NCBI GenBank assembly: GCA_010093815.1
Contig: ML996573.1
DNA: 64,000 nucleotides
Origin: Pseudovirgaria hyperparasitica
Taxonomy: Eukaryota
Direction: 5' to 3' (one strand)
Shown: in pieces, positions 25,998 through 38,837 of the stretch
Layout of the letters: every line of letters starts with the position of its first letter
Position numbering within the stretch: the stretch's first letter is position 1
Notes under the pieces: model-generated
What the model saw: only the letters and a program-made list of their open reading frames with translations
Database searches by the model: none
Told to the model about the DNA's origin: nothing
Position numbers and translations under genes: made by a program

Positions 25998-27402
25998 ATG
26001 TATCGCCTCAATCTTCTCTGGCCACTTCTGCTTCAAGGTGTGTTCCTTATCAAATTTTTCGCTAGATTTCTCCTCTGACATACCCAGTGGCAACTACATT
26101 TGCTCAGTTTACGACAACATGTTTTGATGGTAATGTCTGCTACCGACTCAACATTCCTCAGCAAACAGCAGACGATGGCCAGGGCGACATCTTTCTCCAA
26201 GTCACTGCGCCCACAGCCTTCTCCTGGGTGGCTATAGGACAGGGAAGTGGCATGGCCGGCTCACACATGTTCATCGTGTATGCAGCAAGCGCCGACAACG
26301 TCACAGTCTCGCCACGTCTTGGGGTTGGAGAGGTTGAGCCGGTATACACCCCCGACACCCAGCTCACCGTGCTGGAGGGCTCGGGCATCGCAGATGGTGT
26401 CATGACAGCCAACATTCGCTGTACGTAGTATCCGCCGTGCCCAGGTCTCCCGCAATACTAACAGGTCCGTTTCTCCAGGTTCCAACTGCGAGTCCTGGTC
26501 GGGAGGAAGCATGTCCTTCTCTGCAGCCTCAGCACAATGGATCCACGCTGCACACGCTGGTCCCCCTCTCGACTCAACCAGTCCGACGGAGCGCCTTTCC
26601 CAGCACAACGCCGGAGACTCACACTTCGACTGGGACATGTCCACAGCCGTCGGTGGATCCTCTTTAAATCCCTTCGTCGACGCTGCCACTGCCCCATCTC
26701 CGTCAGACAACCCTATAATCAACACTATAACAGAACCATTCCCCCCCGCCGTCCTCCTCGCACACGCCGTATGCGCCTGCCTCGCAATGCTCCTCCTCTT
26801 CCCCCTCGGCTCCATCAGCATACGCATCCCAGGCATCAAACATGCCCTCTACATCCACGCCGGCATCCAACTTACCGCACTCCTAACACTCACCGCCGGC
26901 GCTGCATGTGGCATCTACGTCGCCGCCGTCGACGGCTACGTAAGTTTCTCCTCCATTCCCACGTCTCACAAGCTAACCCTCACCCCAGCTCCGCACCCCG
27001 CATGCCATCATCGGCCTCGTCGTGCTCAGCCTGCTTCTCCTCGTCCAACCGCTCCTCGGCATGCTACACCACCGCCGTTTCGCACAGCTGCACCGCCGCA
27101 CGTCCGTCTCGCACATGCACATCTGGCTCGGCCGCGGCGCCATCACGCTCGGCATCGTAAACGGCGGGCTTGGCTTGCAGCTCACGGGTGGCAACAAGGA
27201 GTGGAATATTGTGTACGGCGTTGTTGCCGCGGTGGTGTGGGTCAGCTGGATGGGTGTTGCGGGATGGGCAGAGGTCAGGAGGGTGCGTGGACAAAGTGCT
27301 GGAGTGGAAAATAGGGGGGGTATCGGGAAGGTGTCTGGTGGGAATGGGAATGGGCTGGGATCGATGGAGAGCGTGGGATCAGGGAGGGGCATGGCAGCGT
27401 AG
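25998..27402 (+). CDS. DOMON (CDH-cytochrome/AA8-like) plus cytochrome b561 membrane protein
   Basis: Signal exon 25998-26037, intron to 26087. WVAIGQGSGMAGS (Met ligand), VSPRLG, ANIRCSNCESW, SQH (His ligand); b561 helices with His in LLAHA, YIHAGIQ, PHAIIG, LHHRRF, HMHIWLGR. Confidence 0.88.
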
Positions 27403-28737
27403 AGATGTTGGGCTCGATGATGCATGAAGTTAGCGAAGGCGTTTTCATGGGCACTGTTACTGTTATGTACTGCGTAAATTCGTACTTGGAATACTGTACC
27501 TGCATAAAACATACAAGGCAGGAAATATACAATCGTAAACGCAACCACCCAACCCATCTCTATCTGTCCCGTATCTCCTCATCTACACTCTCATAGCAAC
27601 CTCGATTTCATCCCGCTAAATCTTATAATCATCTCTTCCCCTCTTACCTAACCACTCTGAATCCTACTTAATCCTTTGCCTACACATACCTCCATCCATA
27701 CATCAATCCACCCACCCGAACACACTGCTCTAATCGTCATGTACACAATCCAACCTCCGGGTACTAAACTCAGACAATGCCAATCCTCGTATACAAACCC
27801 ACCGTCTGACCAAGAGGACTAGCGGAGAGCTAGTTAGAGAGTGCAATTATAATGTTATATAAGTGGTGTCAAGAAACAAGATGCAGTAAAAAATTGGATA
27901 TCTATTTTGGAGGATAAGCCAAATCTTAGAGATAAACCAGTTATGCATGTCATACCGATGCTATGTTTTACGTCGAGACTCGGAGGTTAGATGGTCTATA
28001 ATAAGGTCTTTTGAACTTTTGTTTTTCTTCTGAAGATTTCTGTTATAGATATAGATATAGAGAAGAGAATATATTCTAATTTTTTTTTCTCTTTTTGTGT
28101 CTCCTAGAAACTATAGTATATTCTTTCTTTTTCCTGTTTCTCTTTATGTCTTATATTCATGTATATGTGTTTTCATAGCCACGTCCGACAAATTCTACAG
28201 CGGCTAAGGTATGGTTGACAGACGGAGGAGGAGAAGGGACGAAGAACGTTGTGCAACATTCTTCTTTGCAAGTGAGTTTACTTGCGTGGTATATCGTAGA
28301 TACTCCGTTCCCGTTCTTTGCACAGCGCATGAGAAGGCTATGTCTGAAATGCATAATTGCACAATTCCGTTTTGCCATTGGAGATCGTCTATGCTCGAAC
28401 ACGAAACTCGCATGTAGCCCAAGCGATTGTTCCCGCTTTTACGGAACATAGCACTTTCTTCCGGGTGCTCGTGTGAAGTTTGCATCTCGAGCACTCTGTG
28501 CATATGGTTTGCACAGGGTGCTTGCAAGTCAACTGTCTGCTTGTAGCATGGTTTCTAGCTTGCCACACATGACGTTCGCTTCAGGGAGCATGGCGATAAG
28601 CCCGTATTGGCCATCATTTCGTGCACGACAAGCGATAATGCGATACAACGAAAATGAGACAATTTGTAGTGCCCCTTGATGAGCCGCAGTGCCAATTAGT
28701 CTTGACTTCGGGATCCATACCACTGTCATAGATATAC

Positions 28738-30327
28738 CTATGCACTGCTGGCTTCCACATCATACTCGACGTCGGTCCGGATGACATACTTGGCTCCTTC
28801 AACTACACCTGTGCCTTCGTGAAGCAGCGCATTTTGTGCCTCGCCGTGTGGAAAGACAGCCACGCTGCCCATGATCGGCTTGACAGGATATGCATTGATG
28901 ACGCCATCTTGTAGACTTGGGATGAAAAATGTCGTCTCGCCACCGCGGAAGTCATCGTTGAGATAAATGAGAAACGTGAAGAGCGAGGATTGGCGAGCGG
29001 TAGCGGGGGATGAATCGTATTGGTATGCATCTGTGACAGTGTCAATACCGGATGGTGGCCATGCTCCGTCTGTCATAGAAGAGTCAGCGATGTAATGGTA
29101 GTCATGTGACGCGATATAAGTAGGACTGACCGATGTGGCATCTGTATTCGGCGCCTGGTACATATCTGTAGACCCTAAATCGTCGATTGATGCCGCGTAC
29201 CACCTTACCGCCTACGCTTTCCGGTACGAATGGCTTCACTCTGTCCCACAGTTTGTCGTGAAGCGCCTTGTCAACAATCCAGTAGAAGTTGTGCGCCAGA
29301 ATACTGGTTTCTTCGCCCTGCGGTCGTAGCGGCGCGTCGGGGAGGAATCCCATTGTTTCGCCTGCGCAGATGATTGACGTGCATTCTTCGGGTGAGAGTA
29401 CATCCCTGATGAGTCTTAGGTTAGGCACAACCGGATGATTGCGACATTCGGTTTTTGGGGGGTTTGCGAGAGGGACGGCGTCGTCGGTGGAGGCGAATAG
29501 AACTGCAGGATGGAGATTCGGTGGTTTACGCGACAAACCAGGGGTAGTTTCGAGGACGCGGAAGCGCGATTTGAGGTCTGCGGGCGAAGATGAAAAGATA
29601 GTTTCGTCGGCGATTGCTTCACGAACGTGGCGAGTTGGTTCTGTGATGCCGCGAAGATCCCATGTCTCCTGCAACGCAACAGTACCAGGGGCTCTGCATA
29701 CTTTCGGAAGATTTGTGTCGGTTGGACCGGTGACTCGTAAGATGGCGTCCAAGACTTGAATCAAGTCGTGATTGGAAGCATTCTGGCCAACAACGGTTTG
29801 GTTCGGCACTTCAACATGGATCGATAATCCAGATACTACATCTAATGTCCGGACCCATCGGCACAGTGCACCCAAGGCAGGCGTCTCCTTTCTAATGCGC
29901 ATCTCAGCCAGTAAGATGCGTGCATCAAGATAGTTGGCATCGGTGAGCGCGGCGGATATCCGTGCAGTGAGATTGCTACCCTCTGTACGTAGGTAGACGG
30001 TCAGTCAGCAAATAAACCCATGACATATGAGTACAGGACAAACCTACCTGCCGCAAGCATGCCAGTGGTACTGGCCTGACGGAAACTGTATACCGCCGTT
30101 CGTAAGTCCTTACATGCCTTCGACTTGATGACGGCAGGATGCTCAGCAAGCGTCTGCAACGTCTCGACTGCAATCTCTAGCTCTTCTGATGAAATGACCG
30201 AGTTGACCCTCTCTGGACCCATATGCGTGTTCGTATCTCCTGGCGGACTTGGAATCCCACCATTTGAAGCATGTTTCTTGGCGGTGCCCGAGGTTGCCAG
30301 TGCATTGTTACGCTTGCGCTTCCCCAT
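28738..30327 (-). CDS. 2OG-Fe(II) oxygenase, prolyl-4-hydroxylase-like
   Basis: Three exons; GINRRFRVYRY, YRCHI|DGAWP (HxD split by an intron), TFLIYLNDDFRGGETTF, LLHEG, KYVIRTDV; basic NLS-like start MGKRKR. Confidence 0.9.
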
Positions 30328-31512
30328 GTCGTAGTGTCGTCCCGAACCAATGACGCTGATATTTGTATTAAGGTTACTAGATGTGTGCGTAAGTCTTAGG
30401 CTGCCACTATAAAGTCAAGAAGGCGAAGCTTCGACTTGATATCACTTGATTCGTTGTTGTTTCGGGAGCAAATTTCGAAGCCGTGCGGGCGGCAGTCACG
30501 TGAGTATCAATCGCATATGATAGCTAGTCACGTGCCTGATTCCGCCAATCTTATCTTTTTTACTTTCGCCCTTCTTCATTCTTCCATCTGTCAGCATCAC
30601 GTTGCCTTTTTCGTGTGCCAATTCCTCCATAGATTTTGGGATGGCTTCTTCTCTCAATCTCTCGAGGAATTCTCTCAGGAAGTGTCTGATCAATGCGCTA
30701 CCTTTCACATGTCTTGCGACAAGAGCGCATACCAAGATGGCGTCTGCAATTATCGTGTCAGATGCACAAGATTACTCAAGCGCCCAGATAATTCCTCACT
30801 CTCACAATTCCCGCGGCAAAGATGTCTCAATTATGGTGACGATGCTGATTAACAACTCTTCGAGTCTCGAGGCAAGAGAAACAGACGGACAGCGCACATA
30901 TGATAGACTCGTAGAATTGCTCCATGCCAACGAAACGCTGTGATACGAATTCGGATGCATAACTCTCAAATCGCGAAGGACAAGTTCAGGCGGTCTCTTC
31001 TTTTGGCATCATGATGAGCAAAAGTATTATACGTAAGAACATTTTGGTAGAGGTACAGTATTGCTTCCCGTCTACATGTCACACTTGCCAGAAATGAATA
31101 GCTTTGTGTGTATGAGGAGGTCTAGCTTCTTATCTTATCGTAAATGAATCTCGATATTTTGGGGTATGCACAGATAATAAGTCGTGGATCACAGAGCAAA
31201 GCAGTAGGATCATGTACGTGGTGAAATTCTGTTAGGAGAAGTTGCATATTCGGTGACGATTTTCAGCTGGCGATACCTGAAATCATCTTCTCTGCTTTCA
31301 GTATGCCAAATTCCTACATGCTGAATTTCCTACATTATTACCTCCTTCGACTGCGAAAGCTAATATCCCAATCTACGAAATTTCAGATTCAGGGACCTCG
31401 CTATTCGTAGACTCAGAATCATGGAAATTCAACTGATAAGACGGACCTCAATCAAGACTTTCGATACCACGGGAAGCCAGCATTCCACGATGACCTGGCA
31501 TTACCTCGAGAT

Positions 31513-32574
31513 CTAAGTTGTTTCCGCCTCTTGCATGTCTCGTTTTTTGCTCTCATTCTTCCACAAGCCCTTGACCATCAGTGGTCCTCCGAGGCGGATA
31601 AAGTATCCCGTATCATTTACCCTGGCTGCTGATCGGACACGACGGTGAAGGGGTACCAGGGCCAAACGATTATCTATATCTCTGATACATGGACGTCTCT
31701 TGTTGGTGCAGTGTCTGCAGGCCACATACATTCCTCCGTCGGTAGCGTCGATACACATATCTCCCTGCAGGTGTCGATTGATGCACTGGCCTTTGGCTGG
31801 ATGGTTTATAATGTAGTATTCGGTGATGATCTCCATTGCGATGGCTTGGATCTCAAGAGGAAGAAGCGATCCAGGGCAGAAGGTCAAGTGGTTTGTCCCA
31901 CCTCGCTCGAGAACAACGAATGGCAACTCTTCTACTCCCTTCTTGTTGTTGACTATGGCGGCGGAAGAATCCATATCCATTGCATCCTTATTCGAGCCAA
32001 CAAGAGACAGCTTCATGGGTACGGTGGTTCGAGTGTTCTGGAGTCCATAGCTTGGAGTGGACTCAAGGGTTTGCAATCGATATCTCAATGCTTTGTTCTC
32101 GGCTTGTGTCTGATCTACCTTCCCCGTCAACATGTTGATAAATTCCGAAGCTTTTCTGATCATATCATTGTTGTTCTGAACAAGGCAGACCATCTCTGCT
32201 CTAGCTTTATCGTATTTTTCGGTCGCTCTGGAACGCTCTTCCTGGAGGAATATCTTTGTCGCCGTTGCTTCGTACTGGACCTTCTCTTTATCCGCTATCA
32301 ATGCAGCAACCCTCTCTTCAAGAATTCGAATCTTCTGCGCCGGCAAGTCGCGAGCTTTTTGCTCGGCAACACGTCTCTTTCGTGTCATCGGGTTAGGTTC
32401 AAGTTCCTCACATGGTTCCTCACATGGATAGTGTTGAGTCTGGTTCATGATTACGTCCTGCAGATTATCTGCCATGCTGCTTGATATTCGAGTAGGCAGA
32501 TGGCGTTGAATATCAGTAATTCGAGAGTCTACTGTTGTCCTGGGGCGGTGGTGTCGGCTCTTCGATGATGACAA
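31513..32574 (-). CDS. Hypothetical protein: coiled coil plus C-terminal Cys cluster
   Basis: 353-aa single ORF; heptad-like K/E-rich middle; QC...C...ACRHCTNKRRPC. Confidence 0.65.
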   Translation of the reverse strand: MSSSKSRHHRPRTTVDSRITDIQRHLPTRISSSMADNLQDVIMNQTQHYPCEEPCEELEPNPMTRKRRVAEQKARDLPAQKIRILEERVAALIADKEKVQYEATATKIFLQEERSRATEKYDKARAEMVCLVQNNNDMIRKASEFINMLTGKVDQTQAENKALRYRLQTLESTPSYGLQNTRTTVPMKLSLVGSNKDAMDMDSSAAIVNNKKGVEELPFVVLERGGTNHLTFCPGSLLPLEIQAIAMEIITEYYIINHPAKGQCINRHLQGDMCIDATDGGMYVACRHCTNKRRPCIRDIDNRLALVPLHRRVRSAARVNDTGYFIRLGGPLMVKGLWKNESKKRDMQEAETT

Positions 32575-33214
32575 GTACGACCATGCAAGTGGATTTGCTT
32601 CCCGTTGGTTTTAGTTCCACAGATGGTTGTGTGGTCGAGTCAGCTGTCATTTGTGGTGGAGGTTTCTCTTCTAAAGGCAGCGGTACCGTATGGAAATGGC
32701 ATTGTTTTCAATGTATTGTTTTACGGAGCCACCAGAGAAACATGCACCAGTCTCAATCTGGACGCTCAGTCCCGATTCGATAAAATTTAACTTCGACGTG
32801 TCACAAGACTGTCTCCTTGAGGCATCCTGGAAAAGAAAGAGAGACAAAATCAAGACTGTGTGAACGAGCTTGGACAAACAGAAGACTTAAAGACTTACAG
32901 ACTTTTAGGACACATCTGTAATCTCCAAATCATTCAGATCATTGGTCTTGGTCAGAAACGGCATACGATTCTACTTCTATGGCACCCCCTAATTCTAGTA
33001 CATCTATCGTTGTGAATGACTGATCGGCTTTGTCCAAATATTGCCCTTTGCTTGATTGTTACTGGTATAAGCAGTCCTTGTCTGAGTATCTTATATGTGG
33101 GCAGCGTAACCACCTTAAAACTCCTTTGTGGGCTTAGCTGACCTCGTCTCCCCAGAAGACTGGTGTGCTCGTATGCCTTCTTCTTTTTCTGAGCCCATTT
33201 GTCTACTTTTGTCT

Positions 33215-33585
33215 TTACGTCTCAGTATTCTTACTTAAGCTTGCACGTTTCCTCTGCATGTTTCTGATGAGCTGTGTTCGTGTCTCTAGGTACTTTACTT
33301 GGTTTCTCAGGGGGCGAATCCTATCTATGATGTCTTTGAGTACACGAGCCGCTGGACTGAATAGAGCATCCAGGAAAATAAATCTTGTGCGTTGCTACAG
33401 TAGTCATAGTCAAGTTTGTTGAAGTTGAAGGTTGTGTGTGCTGGTTTGACATATTTAAGCTTTATGCGGCCGCCTGTGTTCATGAAATTCACATGTACGA
33501 TTCCGGGTGAGGACGCTGGCTGATTGAAGGAGAAATCGGAGGAGGGAAGGAGGGACAATACCTCAGCGACGTTGAAAAAACTCAT
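33215..33585 (-). CDS. Possible small orphan protein (~88 aa, two exons)
   Basis: Exon 33585-33499, phase-0 intron GTACAT...TAG (33498-33395), exon 33394-33215 encoding a basic helical tail. No homology recognised. Confidence 0.3.
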
Positions 33586-33915
33586 TGAGTTTATTAAAAA
33601 ACGCTTGATTGTGCTGGTTGTTTGCTGTGATGGTGCTAAGGTCGCAGTGGAGTGAAATGCTGTTTACTCCCGTCACTAGACTGTTGGTCGTCATCGAAAC
33701 AATGCAACTTCACCTCTATTTACCCTAATGCTAACGTTACTCCTCCAAAATTTAACTTTCTACACCACTACTATCGCACGAGCACTCCTGTAGTCCACTT
33801 TGATTTTCTGGGCTATAGCTTCCTTTAAAATATCCTTCCATTATAGCGCCTGCCTGTTACAACGCCACTTGGATGCACAAGAGATCATATAGATTTGACT
33901 GCTCTGATCTCCTTC

Positions 33916-34855
33916 ATGATGTCAGCCAGAACAGTCGAGAGGGGTGCGGCAGACAAGAATAGGAAGCTGGACCACCCAGAAATGGTCGAGAAACGGTATA
34001 CGCTCGCAGATATACAAGAGAGATGTGAGTAGACCGAGCGAAATGTCAGAGTAGATTAACTATAGTGACTGTCTGACACCATATCCCATACACTCAACAC
34101 TGACGTTGTATACAGCGCCATCACCACTAGAACCGGTCGATACGATCATCAATATACCCCCTGATAATCGTACTCCCGATGATGTACTCATCGAAAAACC
34201 AAACCCAAGCCCAGCGGGTCCGACGAATTTCTCCACTGAGTCGAAGATCCTTCTTGACAACAAATCTCTAAATCAGCATGAGGGCGCCCAGTCGATACAT
34301 GTCGCAGCAGCACCTACAATCTCATTGTCGAAGCCTTTCGACTCCAACAAAGCAGCACCTTTGGATAACAAAAACGGTGGGCCAGCACCAGTTGCGACAA
34401 GCAAACCATGTGCTGCACGACCGCCAACCGAGCTTTTGACTCTTCCGCAAATCATTGACCGAATCATGGGCTCCGGCCTCCCCGAAGAGACGATATTTCC
34501 TGCCATACGTCGATGCTTCGCCAGGTTGATGAGTGTACCAGTCGAATATATTGATGCGGAGATCTGGTATGCGTTTCAAGGACCCGAAACAAGCGGTGGA
34601 GGAGTACAAGAGACGGAATCAACATGGCTACCAAGGCTGAATGAAGTCGAGATACCAGTGGCTTTTAGCATGAGCGGGCACGTTCATGTCGTCACCGGGA
34701 GATCGGTATACATAACTTCCGATTTCCAGACACAATATACAAAACATATCGCACTTATTCGAGAGGCTGAGCTTAGTCAATCTAGGGCTCGTCACACAAT
34801 CGGACTCCGAGCGTCAGATAGAGGTCCAGCAGCAGGATCTTGTGCACACCAGTAG
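33916..34855 (+). CDS. Hypothetical (orphan) protein
   Basis: Exon 33916-34024, canonical intron GTGAGT...CTGAC...CAG (34025-34115), joining in frame to the 249-aa ORF; Pro/Ser-rich N-half. Confidence 0.6.
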
Positions 34856-35613
34856 CCATTGGGAGGGTCAAAACAGACGGACCAGACTTTAGAATCTGGA
34901 CAGGAGCTTTGCGTCTGACCACTTTATCCTTGCAGGGCCTCGGTGTCTGATTGTTTGTTGCGTCATTTTTTGGCAGTTTCTGGTCTCATTTTGACGGCTG
35001 TCAACTTTGGTTCTACCGTTATGACAGACTATACTCACTTGCTCGGTATTTAGTTTGCAATAAGCAATAAACACTTCTAATTAGCTAGATTGATGAGTCA
35101 TTCTTCTGTGAATATGCCTGATGAGAATCCATATCGTTCATCAGCCTTTCAAGATGTACCAAATTCAGGGCTTATCACTAATTATAAACTAGTATGAGAC
35201 TACGTGCACTGAGTAGGTGTTCTTTTGCCACGATGGTGAGCCCACACTTCGTGATGTGTGTCGTCCATATACAGACCATAATAAACTTGTCCCGGCCCAG
35301 CATGACTTGACCTTTCTCTGCATCAGATGGGCGACGACGACAGGTCCAAGTACAAACGTCCGATTCTGCAACTGCATAGCTAGCGTTATTGATAGGTGCT
35401 ACAGACACCGGTCTGTTATGATTGGAAAGGGAGAGTGGTTCCAAATGCACCACGACCTGAGTATTTCTCAGACCTGTCCGCATTCGTAAGGTCCATGCGA
35501 GGGCGCTAGAAGAGGCAACAGCCTTGGAACTGCCGTTCAGCCCCAAGACCCCATCATCATCCATCTCCCTTCTTCATCTCCTCATCTTGGAAATCCATAT
35601 CGTAGACCGCAAT

Positions 35614-36677
35614 ATGACTGTGTCAGCTAATCCTGATCTATTTCCGACCGCCGACCAATCTTTAGATGGGCACACGGATGCTGTTTACAACATGACTTTA
35701 ACAAACTCCTATCTAATCACCTGTTCAAGAGACACAACCTTGCGGATTTGGTCGCTTGAGACGAGGAAACTGGTACATCCGCCGCTTCAAGGTAGGTTTG
35801 TACAGGGTGCATTATACAGACTGGACAGCTATGAAGACTTCTTTCATGATCGCACTGAACTATAATAGGCCATACAAAGTCTGTCCTCGCTGTTGCTGCA
35901 TGTGTATCGTCGGGCTTCTTCGTCAGCGCTGGCGTTGACGGGAGACTTATAGCGTGGAACTTGGAGACGTTCGAGTGCCGCCGCATGGTCGACAATGCAC
36001 ACACCGACAGTATTCTAAGCATCGCAGCATCGGCAAGCCTTGTTGTTACGGAAGGTAAGGATAAACTTGTCAAGATGTGGGAATCGAAGCGGCTCTGCGA
36101 GATGGCAGATTCTAATGACCCCTTGGCGCCTATATTCACTCTTTCGGGTCATATAGCTGCTGTCAACTCGGTCGCGATGACCGATAAAGTTATCATCAGT
36201 GGCGCTGGAGATCGAGGTATTCGAGTATGGGACATTGCGACAAAAGCGTGTATACGCACTATCAATGTCCATTCCATGGGCATAACGCGACTTGAAATAT
36301 GTCCCCTACATAGATACATTGTGTCAAGTAGCTCTGACAACACCATCCGAATATCTGACATTGATACAGGCGAAGAGCTTCAATGCCTTCGAGGGCATAC
36401 AGAACTCGTGCGGTCGGTGTGCGTCGTACGTAAGACAGGCTCTACTGATTTCGATACCATCGTTTCTGGGAGTTACGATGGTAGTGTCTGGGTATGGAGC
36501 CGAAGACGAATGGATGCTAAGAAAGACTCTTGGGTGGTGACAAAGCAATACAAGATGTCGGATGTTCTCCCTCCTTTGGAAAACAATGTGAAGAATAGGG
36601 TCTTTCAAGTCTTGTCAGATGGAACAAGATTATTTTGTACAAACGCGTCGTCAAGCATCATTGCGTGGCAAATATGA
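35614..36677 (+). CDS. WD40-repeat protein (beta-TrCP/FBXW-like repeats, no F-box)
   Basis: GHTDAV..DTTLRIW, GHTKSV, AHTDSI..DKLVKMW, GHIAAVN..DRGIRVWD, GHTELVR..SGSYDGSVWVW; intron ~35792-35868. Confidence 0.85.
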
Positions 36678-37264
36678 CAGATCCTTGAGCGAATACATTC
36701 GACTATAGGATACAGAAAGCCTGAGCGCCTCAGAAGTGATAGCCATAGCTATAGAGGACCAAACCACTCACTCCCGGCTACAAGGCGACCTAATTAATTC
36801 GACGTGGTGCACAGCTGACGATTGACTTCGAATGCACAGTTACGGAGGTGTCCGCTTGTGTGAAACACGCACGTACCAGTAGTGACAGGACTAAGGTGGC
36901 TTTGTTTTGATCTTTGTGACATTTCCAACAAATCCCTCACTGCGCCAATACTGGCATCTCGACCAAAAAATATCGCAACTTTCACAGTCCTTTCTCAGTC
37001 GCGCATCGCCCAACATCAAGCCATGTGCTTACGCATTGACCGGTAATACTAAGGTAGTCTTCTCTCGAGGATACTGAAAAAATGTAGCACGTAGTCTGTC
37101 ATATTTTTGATCTTACGATACTTTATGTCAAACCCTGAGTAGGTGGGTGAACATGAAGGCATGTGAGGAGAATAAGACCGGGCTCGTTTTAAGCCACATC
37201 CCTCGCCGAGACCGGGAATTACTAAATACATTAAGGACCATCTATTCACGAAAGGGACACCTAT

Positions 37265-37540
37265 TTAGCCAATACCGATCCGTCTTCTGAGCCCTATTAA
37301 TAGTACTTACGGGTAGTGACCGACCGCTCTCGTAAACCACACCTAAATTTGATGGCTGTTGGATTCTCGGTTCGACAATTAAGTCACGCGCGGAACAAAA
37401 AGCAATCTGAGCAACGCAGTGAAGACATAATATGCACCGCTGCCCAGATCAAGCGTTTCACGACTCAAACATTGTCCAGGACCAGCTCCTGATGAATCTA
37501 AAGACCATATAGTGTTGAGCAGCGATGCCTCGATCTAGCC
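37265..37540. promoter_or_regulatory. XlnR-like motifs upstream of the CE16 gene
   Basis: TTAGCC (GGCTAA on minus) 37265-37270 and CTAGCC (GGCTAG on minus) 37535-37540. Confidence 0.4.
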
Positions 37541-37696
37541 AGAATCTCACAAAAGCATGAAGTAGTTGCTTGCTCTTTTCGCATTAGCAATACGCCAGAA
37601 TCTTTCTGTGGAAGTTATTGTGGTATATACTTGGTCAACGCCTATGCAGATTGCGATCTCCTACATCCGTATTGCAAGTATCAGCTCTTCTGCATC

Positions 37697-38837
37697 ATGT
37701 TGCACAGTATGCTACAGATTGCTGCGGTGTTTGCTTTAGCCATCAGCACCACCAGGGGTCAAGCTCCATCTCGATACCTATTCATCTTGTAAAACACCAA
37801 GCCGAAGGTACCATCTGGTATTCTAATCATGGTTCCAGTGGAGACTCGTACACCACAACTGGTTTCGATGCACGCGCGAAACCTCAGCCATCTTTGGATA
37901 ACCCTTTGGGCAACCCTTCGAGCCCCGATTGTGCGTCCACTCCAGTCCTTCCTGTCTATCACCATGTCTAAAGTGGATACAGTAACTTTGACCGGTGGAG
38001 CGAATTGGGTCGACTTTGTGATCTACGACTCTTCTATGCCTGGCATTGTAGCGTACAACTACGCTGTCGGTGGCAGCTACGTCAATCACACTGCGGCTCA
38101 ACCACAAGGGCCTGCCAATAAAACCGCTGATCCCGACTTCATTAGTCAGGAGAATACTTTTGAAACGACTCTTAGTCCACACGTGGGGTGGACGTCAACC
38201 AACAGCATCTTCATCAACTATTTTGGAATGTGTGTATAGATTCGCTTCGGCAGGCTGTCGCATTAACAATGATACTGTATTCTGACATACAAGAACAGCG
38301 TCGATGTTTCCACGCAGGTCTACAAAGGTCGTAATGTCTCATGCGCCGAGTCCATGCTCTTCCCGGCCGATATCGACAGCTACTTCAGACTTCTAGAGAA
38401 ACAGTACAGTCGCGGAGCACGCAAATTCATTACCGTCCTTGTCCCACGTGAGACTAGCCCATTCCTCGTCTATCTATGTCAATTCTAATCCACTAACAGC
38501 GATCCATCGAGCCCCGGTCTTCAACTATGGAGACACCGCTGGCAACGGCCCATCTGTCGAACAGGTCACCTCGTCATGGAACTCCGCCATGAAGAAAGGC
38601 AACAGCAAGTTCCAAAACGCACATCGCGATGCCAAAGCACAGATTGTAGACCCTACAGATACGTTCAATACGATACTGAATGATCCAACAAAATATGGTG
38701 CTCCAAACGCAACGTGCTATAGCGTTAGTGGGAACCCGTGTTTGTGGGTGGATTTTATCCATCCTGGGCATGAGCTTAATCAGGCTTTTGGGAAACAAAT
38801 GAAAGATGTGATCAAGGAGATGTTGCCACCGGTTTGA
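37697..38837 (+). CDS. Secreted SGNH/GDSL acetyl esterase, CE16-like
   Basis: Signal peptide; YLFIF|GDSYTTTGF across intron 1; QPSLDNPLGNP, TGGANWV, YNYAVGG, GARKF, LWVDFIHPG (DxxH); four introns. Confidence 0.85.

Noticed and set aside
28738..30327. Secondary-metabolite cluster around the 2OG oxygenase
   Set aside because: No PKS, NRPS, terpene synthase, RiPP precursor, transporter or cluster transcription factor in the window.
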